The notes under the pieces are model-generated. The model ran no database searches, was not told the origin of the DNA, and saw only the letters and a program-made list of their open reading frames with translations. A DNA stretch of 63,238 nt, filler included, from Bigelowiella natans CCMP2755 (Eukaryota; Protista; Cercozoa), in assembly GCA_000320545.1 (NCBI GenBank). It is 5 parts of 5 records of this genome, joined end to end, with 100 filler letters (N's around TTAATTAATTAA, not from the genome) between each part and the next. Parts side by side here need not be neighbours in the genome. Positions count along the whole stretch, not along the records: positions 47,318 to 57,470 come from ADNK01001787.1; positions 57,571 to 63,238 come from ADNK01003095.1; 3 more parts are not named here. One strand, written 5' to 3'. The first letter of the stretch is position 1. The number at the start of each line of letters is the position of its first letter. Below are positions 52,516-63,238 of the stretch, piece by piece. Both the position numbers and the translations under genes were made by a program.

Positions 52516-54432
52516 AGGGGGGGACTTCTTGCGGCACTAAAATAATATTGTACTCTCCCACACTTCTGTCGGCTGGCAAAGATATCCACGAGAACATAAT
52601 CGCATTGCTCTTAAAGTGCACAACCAAAATCTGTATATATGGAGAAAATTGTGGGAAAAAGCCCATCCAGCAACCTGAAGCTTCCCGTCGTAGTATCGTG
52701 CTACTTCATAGTAGGGATCGCATCCTCCGCCAATGTCTTAATATGATGACACGATTGGTTATTTATTTGTAGATCTATCGCCGATTCGTTTTCGAGTGCG
52801 GCAAAACATGTCATTTACTACACTTGCTACTTCTCCTACCAAAGTTCGGAACTGTGTAAAAGCGGATGTTGGTAAGATGTCGCACTGCATACCTAACGAA
52901 AACGGAACAAAAAAAGATGAGGGAAGTATATGCATATCCACTTGCTTCGTTTATATTAAAAGTCCTCGCTCTTTTTCTATATCTTAAAATAACTGACTCT
53001 ATGTCGGGATTCTCGCCTTCACTCTTGAGCTTTATGTAGTTCGCAAAATAGTGCACATAACGCTGCTGACTGGGGATTGTGACTCCTGAAGATAGATTTT
53101 AATTAGCTAACAACGATAGTGAGTTACTGACAGAGGAGAACAGAGCTACTCGCACCGCACACATACAATCAAGCATGAAAGATTAATTCACGACATTTAA
53201 TTCTATCATCCATACATTTGCGTGTAATACTACATACTTGAAATTGTCATCACTATTCCATTCTATCCTCCCTCTCTTAAGCACATCAATGGATCGCACC
53301 AAACCTTTTCCGTTCGATGTCCGATGATTGCCAAAATAATCAAGCGCATCCTCAGGCGTCTTACAGATTCCGAGGAAGATAAGGAGGCAAGAGATCATGA
53401 GGCCAGTTCGTCCTAAGCAAGCATAGCAGCAGCGAATGGTTAATGGTGTCGCTATCAATCATGAAATACTGTCATTAGAAAAAAGAAGCAGACCTTTGCC
53501 GGCTTTACAATGTACTGCAATGACGTTCTTCTCGTTTTTCTCGAGGAATTTCTTGGCATCGTCGCAGAAATTGATGATGGTGGAGAGAGTGGCCGGATTA
53601 TGATCTTGGAACCCCATGTGACACGTGCTGTCGAAGCGAGAGGAGGGATAGGTACGCTCCTTGCATAAGTTATACACTGAAGGGATGACGAATGATTCAG
53701 TTGCGACACATTCCATAACTCTTTTTGACACTGATAAACGATTGACTCCAATTTTAATGTGATGAAAACTTCTATCAAGACGGCAATTTTGGCTGCTACT
53801 ACAACTAAGACGACGACTACTGTTATTACCGCGAATGTAGCCTTTATGCCTCTCATTGAAGAGTTTCTGTACCTGATCCATCGGATTTCGGTATAACGAT
53901 TCCGTTCCTGTTGTTTATTCGCAAGAATACATTACTTTGGAGGGATAAACACTTAAAGGTTCTCGTACTCGAGTAACAACTAGACTTCAACAAAAAATGT
54001 ACAACAGCTGTGAGGATAAAATCCGTCGATCAAAGTTGGTTAATATGTTTACCTTCTGAAGGGAATCCCATGGCGATGATCCTGGAAGAGCATGTGGTGA
54101 AATAATTAAAAATTTTGTCTGTGAACGCACATTCGTGAATATATTACCTCTCGGTGACATATGTGAGGTCCAAATCATAGCCATCTAATCAAATTTGGAA
54201 GTAGATTGAGTGTGAACGTCACTTATTCCGAACAAGTAATCGCAACTACGCGCAATTCCTTCTCTCATTCCGACCCTCTTTGAAGCGAATCTTTTTTTTT
54301 GAGACGAGCTCCCGAAGGCCTGCGCTGGTCCTGGTTTGGGAAGTACAAATTATTGCAAAATTTCTTGAGGACTACGACAATTAGCCACAAATATTCGCCT
54401 ATGAATCACCCCATCCTTAGAAGCTTCGACAT
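51726..54432 (-). CDS. PTEN: PTEN-family phosphoinositide phosphatase (phosphatase + C2 domains), multi-exon; 3' end unresolved
   Basis: MSKLLRMG|TSAGLRELVSKKKIRFKE|DGYDLDLTYVT|RIIAMGFPSE|GTESLYRNPMDQV, YNLCKERTY, FQDHNP, catalytic VHCKAGKG|RTGLMI, VTIPSQQRYVHYF. C2 domain: GGGCDPYY, LEGDVKFTFYDED..DKMFWCWFNVSMI...CFHENFACEFTFSE. Confidence 0.95.
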
Positions 54433-54996
54433 CTTCTTCAACTAAATGCTGACAGAGCTGGGGGGAGAGGCTCGTTTGTATTATCTGGGGCTCGTTTGTA
54501 ACTCCCAACTTGGCACGAATGCAATCTGCTCACTGCGACACATTCTATACCATGTCGCAAGTTCAAAATCAACATTCGTTTAGGATTCCTGATGTCATTG
54601 GGATTCGGGTCTGTGTTTTCTGCTCGGCATTTTTCCCCACTTGAAAATACCGAAAACGCACCAAAAGAATCTTTAAAAACTATCGACATTTTAACAAGAA
54701 CTGCAAAAACTATCTGGAAATTTCCATCAACAAATTTGAGTCAAAAGCGTTGGCGCACAGAAAAATTAAAGGGTATTCATGGTCAGTGTCCAGGTAGCAG
54801 GGCTTCCACTGTCTCCATCACATCTAATTACACATTGCGACATGATAATGTCTTGTCGCAGCACCTGGTGTGTCGCACTTTCGTGATGTGGCAGGCCTTC
54901 CCGGATCACATTCCCGACAATGTATGACTCGGAAATGGCTTCCTTCATCCCCGAAGCCACAACTCAAAACACCCAGAGAAACAAGCATACCAAACA

Positions 54997-55746
54997 ATGG
55001 CCAAAGGATTTTCACGCCCAACTGTTCGCACTAATGATGTTGCAACCAAGCTCAAAGTAAAGGCCTTGTGCCTCAAAGCCCCTTCTGGTAAACGAATGTC
55101 ACGGAGACTCGCGTTGCTCCGAATGGAGCACTCTTTAAAGGCAAAGAAGCACCAACCTCGTGTCTTTTCCTGGGCTCTTCGAGTACCTTCCGGAGATCGT
55201 AAGTCGCAAAGGCTAGCCGTTCTCCGTGTAGGCCACGCATTGAGCAAATCGGGGAGGCGTCCGAGCCTTGGGCTGTGGGAAAGGAGTGGATTCTCCGCTG
55301 AGTATGATGCCGGGATAGTGTATGATCAACATGCTTCAGTAGAGGCGTCAATTCAGGCTCACAAAAATACCAACACTAACGATCAAGCCGATGTTGAACC
55401 TGCTGAGGGAAATCGCACGAACTCCGAGAATGTTGAAAATACGAGTGAAAACGCGAGAAAGACAATACTGAAATTGAACATGGCGCATATGCTTCTTGGT
55501 GAACATGACAAAAGCATTTTCCCTAAGACACCAAGACTAGCTGAGCGGACAGAAAGAAAGCTGTTTCAAAGATTCTCTCCCAACATGGAAAAGATATCAC
55601 GAAGTGCTTTCAAAACAGCACTCTCAAAAGCAGGAATGCGACCGAAAGCAGATGTGATAAATTCTGTTTTTTGCAGTCTAGATGTCGACAAGGATGGTGC
55701 CATCAACTATAAAGAATTTAGCCATGGCCTTGCCACACTAAAGTAA
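54997..55746 (+). CDS. EF-hand protein with a basic N-terminal region
   Basis: 249-aa ORF with a C-terminal canonical EF loop VFCSLDVDKDGAINYKEF. The true start is uncertain. Confidence 0.65.
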   Translation: MAKGFSRPTVRTNDVATKLKVKALCLKAPSGKRMSRRLALLRMEHSLKAKKHQPRVFSWALRVPSGDRKSQRLAVLRVGHALSKSGRRPSLGLWERSGFSAEYDAGIVYDQHASVEASIQAHKNTNTNDQADVEPAEGNRTNSENVENTSENARKTILKLNMAHMLLGEHDKSIFPKTPRLAERTERKLFQRFSPNMEKISRSAFKTALSKAGMRPKADVINSVFCSLDVDKDGAINYKEFSHGLATLK

Positions 55747-56058
55747 AGCTACTGGAGTAATCTAGTAATGCAAGCCTGCAAACCTTAGCAAACTTACAGG
55801 TATAGTTTGTTTTATTTAAGCAAGTTTGTTTTATTTGCCTCAATAATGCAAGAGATGGGGTTCTGACCTCAATGAAGCATGCATAGTAAATCTAACACTA
55901 GTAATTGTATCTTTAGAGCAAAAATAGCTGTATCTCATGCACATGCTAGCATGGCTAGATGGGATACGCGCGCATGCACACCATAACAACCTACGCAACA
56001 GATGGTGCCCCGTATATGTAATAACACTGCGACACGTACAAACTAGCCATGGTGTTCA

Positions 56059-56109
<51 letters not shown>

Positions 56110-56229
56110 GTGTGTGTGTGTGTGTGTGTGTACATGTACATATGCATGTGTGCAACAGATTCAACGCACTAGCTAGCTAGCTAGCGCTGCATTCCAGCAT
56201 TGCATAGCTAGCTAGCTACATTATATATG

Positions 56230-56276
56230 AGGATGACCATTGAACAAATTTAATTGATTCATTACATCCGTCTTAC
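56230..56276. repeat. Solo copy of the MITE-like terminal repeat
   Basis: aggatgaccattgaacaaatttaattgattcattacatccgtcttac matches 49078-49124. Its 38-bp core differs at only 2 positions from the reverse complement of 49253-49290. Confidence 0.8.
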
Positions 56277-56707
56277 ACATATGTATGTATGTACTTATGT
56301 GTATATATATATATATTTAAATGTGCGTGTGTACACACATATGTGTACGGAAATTGTAGCCAGCAAGCTAGCCAGGCTAAAGCTAGCAGGGTACATAGTC
56401 TAGTATATCTACAACAGATCAATGCTGTGGAGCACAGGTAGACATCCGGTTATGCGGCGTGTTTGCAGATCGTTAGTTGTCTAACAGTCTAGTAATGGGC
56501 GAGATAATTGAACCTATCTAGCTATCATATATTTCTAGGACAAATAATGACAATAGGCGCACTGTATTCCTATATTTTGTAGAAAATCGATCTCGATCGC
56601 CGTCAGATCGCATTCTAGCATTGGTGTCATCATGACATCGTCTGGATTGTAACCAGCCAGCAGCTATTTCACAGATCTACTGGATAGTGTGCTGGCCGGC
56701 TTTAATG

Positions 56708-57207
56708 CTACCTTCGGCGTTTAAACTTCTTCTTGTCGACCCATCCCTGAGGCTTGATCGGAGAGTTTGCGATCAACTGCCGCTTTATTTGGGCTGCATT
56801 CTTCTTGCTGGCATATCGCTTACTGAGAACGGGCTGCGCTCCTCTGGGCACTGTCCGAAGTAGAATGCAGCAACACAAGTATGCGAGGGGGGGGGGGGAA
56901 GAAGATTAATACGATTCTAGGCTGCAAGAGAAACAGCATTCACATTGTCGAATATGTTCAGACGGATGACTGTGTCGTCGTTGCCATCGGTTGCAAAAAT
57001 CAGAGAAATTTCGAAATTTGATTCTACTGCATCTTCTATGGCTCACGAGTTGGTAAAAAGGGCTTCTTCTTCGTCGGGGCGTCAAGATGCCGAAGTGGCC
57101 TATGCGAATAATAGTAACAATAACAAAAATAATAGGAACTGAAATGAACGAAGAAAGCGGAGGTGCTGTCTCTGGATTTGACGTGATGTGTGTGTATGTG
57201 TATGTGT

Positions 57208-57245
<38 letters not shown>

Positions 57246-57445
57246 CTAAATAACATCGAGTGCGGTTCGGGAGGGGCATTGGGCCTTTTTTTTTTGCATC
57301 GCAAGGGAAAACTCAAGCTCGCCTTACTTCCTAGATGATCTTGAGAGTGGGGGTATAGCCCTGCTCTCCAGCCGCTTCCGCTCTGGTTGTGGGGAAGCGC
57401 TTCTTCCCTCCACTTTGTTGCCGCATTCCCGCCATCCGCGCAGCA
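56708..57445 (-). CDS. Possible small basic hypothetical protein (5' end in the gap)
   Basis: Three GT/AG-bounded segments ending ...PVLSKRYASKKNAAQIKRQLIANSPIKPQGWVDKKKFKRRR*. Confidence 0.3.
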
Positions 57446-57470
57446 CGTGGGGTGTGTTTCTTTCTTTTTT

Positions 57471-57570
57471 NNNNNNNNNNNNNNNNNNNNNNNNNNNNNN
57501 NNNNNNNNNNNNNNTTAATTAATTAANNNNNNNNNNNNNNNNNNNNNNNNNNNNNNNNNNNNNNNNNNNN
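57471..57570. other. Assembly gap with TTAATTAATTAA linker
   Basis: 44 N + linker + 44 N. Confidence 0.97.
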
Positions 57571-57767
57571 TAGTAGTAGTAGTAGTAGTAACAGTAGTAG
57601 TAACAGCAGTACCACTCCAGCAGCAGCAAACAGCAAGAGTGTACAAATGATGATTGCTGAGCACAACCATGAGTATGAGTAGATGCTGATGATCATGTTT
57701 GTTTCCCTCCTCCTCCTCTTCCTCCTCCTCCTCCTCCTCCTACTACTGCTTCTACTTCTACCACTAG

Positions 57768-58964
57768 GATGAAGTTAACGAGTTGTGGGCAGGATTGGGT
57801 AGTAGTTGTAGTTGTAGTGATAATAGTAGTTTGGTAGTAATGAGATTGACTCCTACATGAATATGAATTACTACAACATCACAGTAACACTACATACATA
57901 CGCTGATCATCCGTGAGATGATGATGATGGTGATGATGATACCTTGTGCTGATAATCGTCATCATCATCATCATCATGCTCACTAAAAAACAATGGGCGA
58001 CGATGGTGCTATAAGGGTACTACCGCAGAGCTGCAAATCTTCGCAAAGGCGCTCAAACGGTAATAAGCGTTGTTCGTGTATTATCTACCAATGATCGTGT
58101 TTGGCTGCTGGTGGTGCTAGTGATGAGATTAGCACTGTATGAATGACAAAGATGCTTTGAGGCAATAACACACGTGCGAATACACTTAGATAATGAAGGA
58201 TTTCAACGGCAAACTACCCGACACAGTGAGCGAGCTTAAGGTATTAATTAGCACCGTCATTTCATTATTGTGTGCATTTGTGCTGCTGCATTGGTGTGTA
58301 ATCTTTAAGGGCAGCATACAATACGATGATGGTTCTCTCGTACGTCATCATCATTTCTATTAATATATTGAGAATGTCTAATTACCAGTAAAGCAGGCAA
58401 TTTTACACACATATACACATCGTCTCTTTGCAAGTAAGCGCACAGTGCTATCATTCAAAGGAAATATCAAATATGTAGAAAATACCGGGGCATTGGGGAT
58501 TATACTGCAGTGCCGTGGCCTCGATTGCATTCAAAAAGTTTCGATGATGCCGCTCTGCTGTTGTTGCTGTTGTTTATAGTTGTGGTTATTGTGCAAGATG
58601 ATGATGTTGCTGCTGCGTCAGTAGGACAAATATATTGATGATTGATGATGGTTATTACGATGACGAAGTACACCTTCACTTCACAGTAATTAAAGATAAT
58701 AAACGAACTCCACGTCTACTCCATACACAACGTGATGATCGTTATTTTTATTTTGTATGGCTTTTTCTTTTTCTTTTTCTTCTTGTTGTTGTTCTTTCTT
58801 CTGCTCCTCCTCTTTGCATATCCATATAAGACAGCAGCGAGTCCTTGCATTGCCATCTATTCTAACCACAACTATTATGCATATACGATATACGCGTATA
58901 TATCAGGCTGTACCTCTAGTCGATGGCAATGTAATTAGAGTGCTGGCGCGTGTGAGAGCAGTAA

Positions 58965-59029
<65 letters not shown>

Positions 59030-60244
59030 AACACAACAAGAGCAACTTTCTCTCCTATCTCCATCCTCCTGTATTCATCATCAGGTAAAAGCCAACAAAG
59101 GAAATCCTAAGTAAGAACACTTTCTAACCGAGCACCAAGTCACCACATACACGTATGCGTACAGAAAACAGCATTCATCCCACAATATATCTTGAACAGC
59201 CGATGCCGCACTTCCGTATTGGTCATCTTGTTGCTATCATTAGCATTATGATTCTTCCTCACTACCCCCCCCCCCCCCCATGCATGATGCTTTACGTTTG
59301 GTAGATTTGTAAAGCATGTGTGGTCATTGGCTCGAGAGCTGGTATCTCCTGAGTATCCTGCTGACTTTAACCAGGTGCATTAATTATCGTCCTTATTGTA
59401 GTAAACATGGTGATAAGGATGATGATGATGATGATGGTGATAAGGATGATAATCTAGTGATGGTGAATGCCACGAGGCCTCCGTCGTCGTGATTATTGAT
59501 AGCAAGAAAGAGCAGCACACATCCACATCCACAAATCCACATACCCTCATGCATATGATGAACACCTTCTTCGTGAAACGGTGGCAAGATATTATTATTA
59601 TTATAATTACAAAAAATGAAATATGGCCAGGGCATCATGGAGCTTGGGGCTACGATATGCAAACCGAAGAGTCCCAATTGTGCTTTATGTCCTATCAAGG
59701 TGATCATGATAATAATAATAATAATCAGAAGAATAATGATAAACACACAGAGGACACACAATTACATCTTCTTACTACTTAGGATATCTGTCATGCTTAT
59801 CAAGAAGTGAATAAGCAAAGAAGGCCGCTAAGGTGATGGTCATTGAGTGACTCACTACTATCAGTAAACGGCCCTTCTGTGACGATAACTTATGATGACA
59901 TGATATTGTGATGATTAGGGGTAGGTGTAGAAAGATCCATTGAGGATCGTGCATGCAGAGATAGTTGGCATCATCATCATCATCATCATCACCACCACCA
60001 CCATCATCACCATGGCAGAATGGGAGTCGTTGACCGTTGCCACCATAAACCACACTGCACGTGTATTGTATGCGTAAATTCATGCTTTTGCTAATTGACA
60101 ACGCAAACAACACAGCATCGAGTACGATTTGGAGGGCAGTGCCAAAGAATGTGATTTTTGCCAGGAAGAGGATATAGACTCGGAAGATAAATCTAGTGGT
60201 AGTAAGCAGTAGTTTCGAATTATTCAATTATCCAACGCCACCAC

Positions 60245-60278
<34 letters not shown>

Positions 60279-61960
60279 GATGTCCTTCCTATAATTGCTC
60301 ATCCTCTTACTACTACCACCGATGAAGCTGACAAGAATTCCAACAACCCTGTCTTAGGCACAGTAATGCAATATCCTTCCAAATTCATCAAAAAGGTACT
60401 ACTACTGCCATTCCAACTGTCATACATAAGTAAGAATAGCGAAATATAATAATAAAACAACTAATGATCTTAACAATACCTGCATAAAGTAATTAATCGT
60501 CCACTAGATAAATGTTTAATAATCATCATCCATAGAAACCTCGGGAAGAGCATGTTGCGGTGGGTGTTGTTATCTGCACCTTAGACAAGGCAGCAGCAAC
60601 ACAGAATAGCGATAACGACATCGATCATGATCATGATGACGATGATGACGATGGTGACAACAAAAATGACAAAGATGGCAAGAGGAATGGCGGAGGAAAA
60701 CGGGTTAAAAGGGAGGGAAATAGCCATGTTACAAAGCATAACAAGATAACTAGTGCAGGTATTATTACTGAGAAACTACACACACACACACACACATGTA
60801 TATGTTATACATATACATGTATATGTTTACATGTATAATGCGGTGCGCGGTTAATTAAAATACATAATATATATGTACATATATACACACATATACACAT
60901 ATACACACATATATACGCATACAAATGGACAAATGTGGCGAGTAAGCTCGTAATAGCTGCTTGTATTGCTTCTCATGCATTTACTGCTACTGCTACAACA
61001 AACAACTCCTACCTTAGACAAGATCGGCAGAGAACAACAGCAACAACAACAAAAGCTGTGTCTATTGACTCGAAGGCCAAAGGGAGGACTTCTTGCAGGT
61101 ATTAAGGGTATTAGAAGAAAATAGTCGTCTCAGGAAAAAACAATAACAAAAACAACTATCATCGTTATCATAACATCGCCTTAATGATGCTATGCAACAA
61201 CATGAATAAACAATAGGCAATGGGAATTTCCTACTGTTAAGGTGGAGATATCCAAGTCGTCATCGAGCAAATCCCGTCGTTCTGTAAGTCAACCAAACAT
61301 ATCTAACTATGGGCATATCGTATGCATAGATGCCGCTGCTGCTTGCTGCTCTGCCGTGCCAAAATCACAGTGTCTTAGAAGCGCGCACGGTCCACACCTT
61401 CTTGTGTGTAAATATGTAGGTTTTGCACAATTTCCTCTCTGCGTCCAAAAAGTGGGTAACGGATTCTCAGTTGAACGATGTGGAGAACAAGAAGAAAAAC
61501 AAGTCTCTTGGCAAAAAAGTGCATGTATTTTCGCATATCCGGCAGGTTCTTGTTAAAACCGTCGATCCCATTAGTTAACTCATCATCATCATTGTCATCA
61601 TCGTCGTCATCATCGTCCATCACAATTCTCATACTTTATTGATAGACAATGTTCATCGAACGATGGGATTTTAACGCAACCGAAGAGGAGATGGTGACGA
61701 TGATGAAAACTACAGCCTCTAGGAGGGTGAAAATGGAGAGGCAAGAGGCAAACGATAGCAATATCGATGACAACGGCAAAACGATGTATGTGCTTTGAAT
61801 CCACGAGAAGAAGATATATTCAATGACCAAAGGCGCAACAGTCCATAAAATGATTGACATTGTCATGCCATATCTCCACAATGTGTAGTAGCTCATGATG
61901 AAGCATATGCACATATGCTTTAAATACATATTAATACATATATACATATGTTTATATAAA

Positions 61961-61993
<33 letters not shown>

Positions 61994-62098
61994 GTTCCCA
62001 AAACCCGACTAAACAGGTTCAAATGGGTTCCTGTTTCAGCCCTTCATTCGCTAGCATTGACAAGCGGCGTTAAGAAAGTTATTCCTTTCATTAAATGA
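57768..62098 (+). CDS. MUTYH: A/G-specific adenine DNA glycosylase MutY (5' part lost in the gap; many micro-exons)
   Basis: [11 protein letters not shown]|[25 protein letters not shown], the HhH exon [33 protein letters not shown]|[22 protein letters not shown] (4Fe-4S loop), [10 protein letters not shown]|[14 protein letters not shown] and [21 protein letters not shown]...*. Confidence 0.93.
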
Positions 62099-63035
62099 GA
62101 AGGGGATGCTCATGGCAGAGATTGATAAAATATGAGAAGTATTATTACCAATTAGAGATTTGGACAAACAAGAGGCATGACATGTCTAGATGTGATGCAT
62201 GCAGAGTAGCAACATTGCCCCAATGAGTCAGCGTTGTACGTCATAGGAGTAAAACCTTAACCTATGTAATGGTTTATGTGTGCACATCAATGCATCCATG
62301 TGGCGGGGGCATATGAGTCCGCGGTGATGATGATGACAGCACAATGTCTTCGCTTCCTGGGTGTTTAGCTATACATGCTTTTGCTTCGATCATGTTGGCG
62401 CACAATTAGCCGATTGACAAGTTTGCATATGCATGAATGCACACGCTAGCAAGCACAATCAAACGCGCACACCAAACGAAACGCTGTTCGATGAGGAACG
62501 ATGCCCTTCGCATTCGAGGCTGGTAAAGCTAGAAAGCGTTTGATTCGATGAATGCAATTGCTTGCACATGTTGCCACTATAGTCCTAAAGATTGGCCACG
62601 CCAGCATCATACTTTTAAAACACTTTGTATGCACAAAAATGATGATACCGCGCCATGACGCATGCATACACAGACAACCTAGCAGTCATAGACAAGGTAT
62701 ATAAGCTACGAATTATTGTGAGTTGCATTTCAGTCGATCCGCATAATATTATAAACCAGTTACGAGCCTCGGTCTTCCTGAGGAAGAATGAATTCGCAAG
62801 TGGGGTATGGTAAGCAGCCTCTGTAATTCTGAGAATCTATCTGCGTCGTGTCGAAGCTCTACTTGCACTTAATGTTTTCCCCATGAATCTAGTCTGAAGT
62901 GATACGCAGCAGTAAGTGCTTTTATTCTACTTGCCTTTCCTCTTCACGATTTACTCTCAATATGGAAGATGAGACAAACCCAACAAATATTGTAAATCAC
63001 ATTCATGCATAAAAAGCTATCAAAATATTTATAAT

Positions 63036-63073
<38 letters not shown>

Positions 63074-63238
63074 CATGTATATCAATATATACAATATTAC
63101 AATGTATATATTATGTGTGTAAACATATCTTTTAAGATATGGAAAATTGTACATACATGAAATTTGAAGCTGTACCTTTTTTTTTCTTCATTTTTGCATA
63201 TTCCTTTGAGACTAAGCTCCCAAAGGTCATTAGTCATT

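Overview
Intron-rich eukaryotic (flagellated protist-type) nuclear DNA in the standard genetic code. Four 100-bp scaffold gaps each carry a TTAATTAATTAA linker. Most entries in the ORF track are artefacts of intronic microsatellites. Genes I can reconstruct by eye: a very large polytopic membrane protein that is probably Piezo-like (-), a UvrD/PcrA/Srs2 helicase (-), a DEK-C domain protein (+), a VTT/TVP38-TMEM64 protein (-), an MFS transporter (+), an SLC4/borate-type anion transporter (-), axonemal dynein intermediate chain DNAI2/IC2 (-), tRNA-Gly(TCC) (-), a RanBP2-zinc-finger/WD40 protein (+), PTEN (-) immediately followed by and probably spliced to a GST-WW unit, an EF-hand protein (+), MutY (+), and several hypothetical genes. 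The most striking signal is non-genic. Two intergenic islands (about 36.25-37.12 kb and 42.7-44.25 kb) have lost almost every TpA dinucleotide except those in CTAG/CTA context. They are rich in TG/CA and share a repeat motif, and the two copies within the second island differ by TG-versus-CA and TA-versus-CA at equivalent positions. This looks like a repeat-targeted TA->TG/CA hypermutation process, the reverse of fungal RIP. The second island contains a roughly 480-bp hairpin-rich unit bounded by direct repeats. Exon boundaries and counts were made by hand and should be verified.
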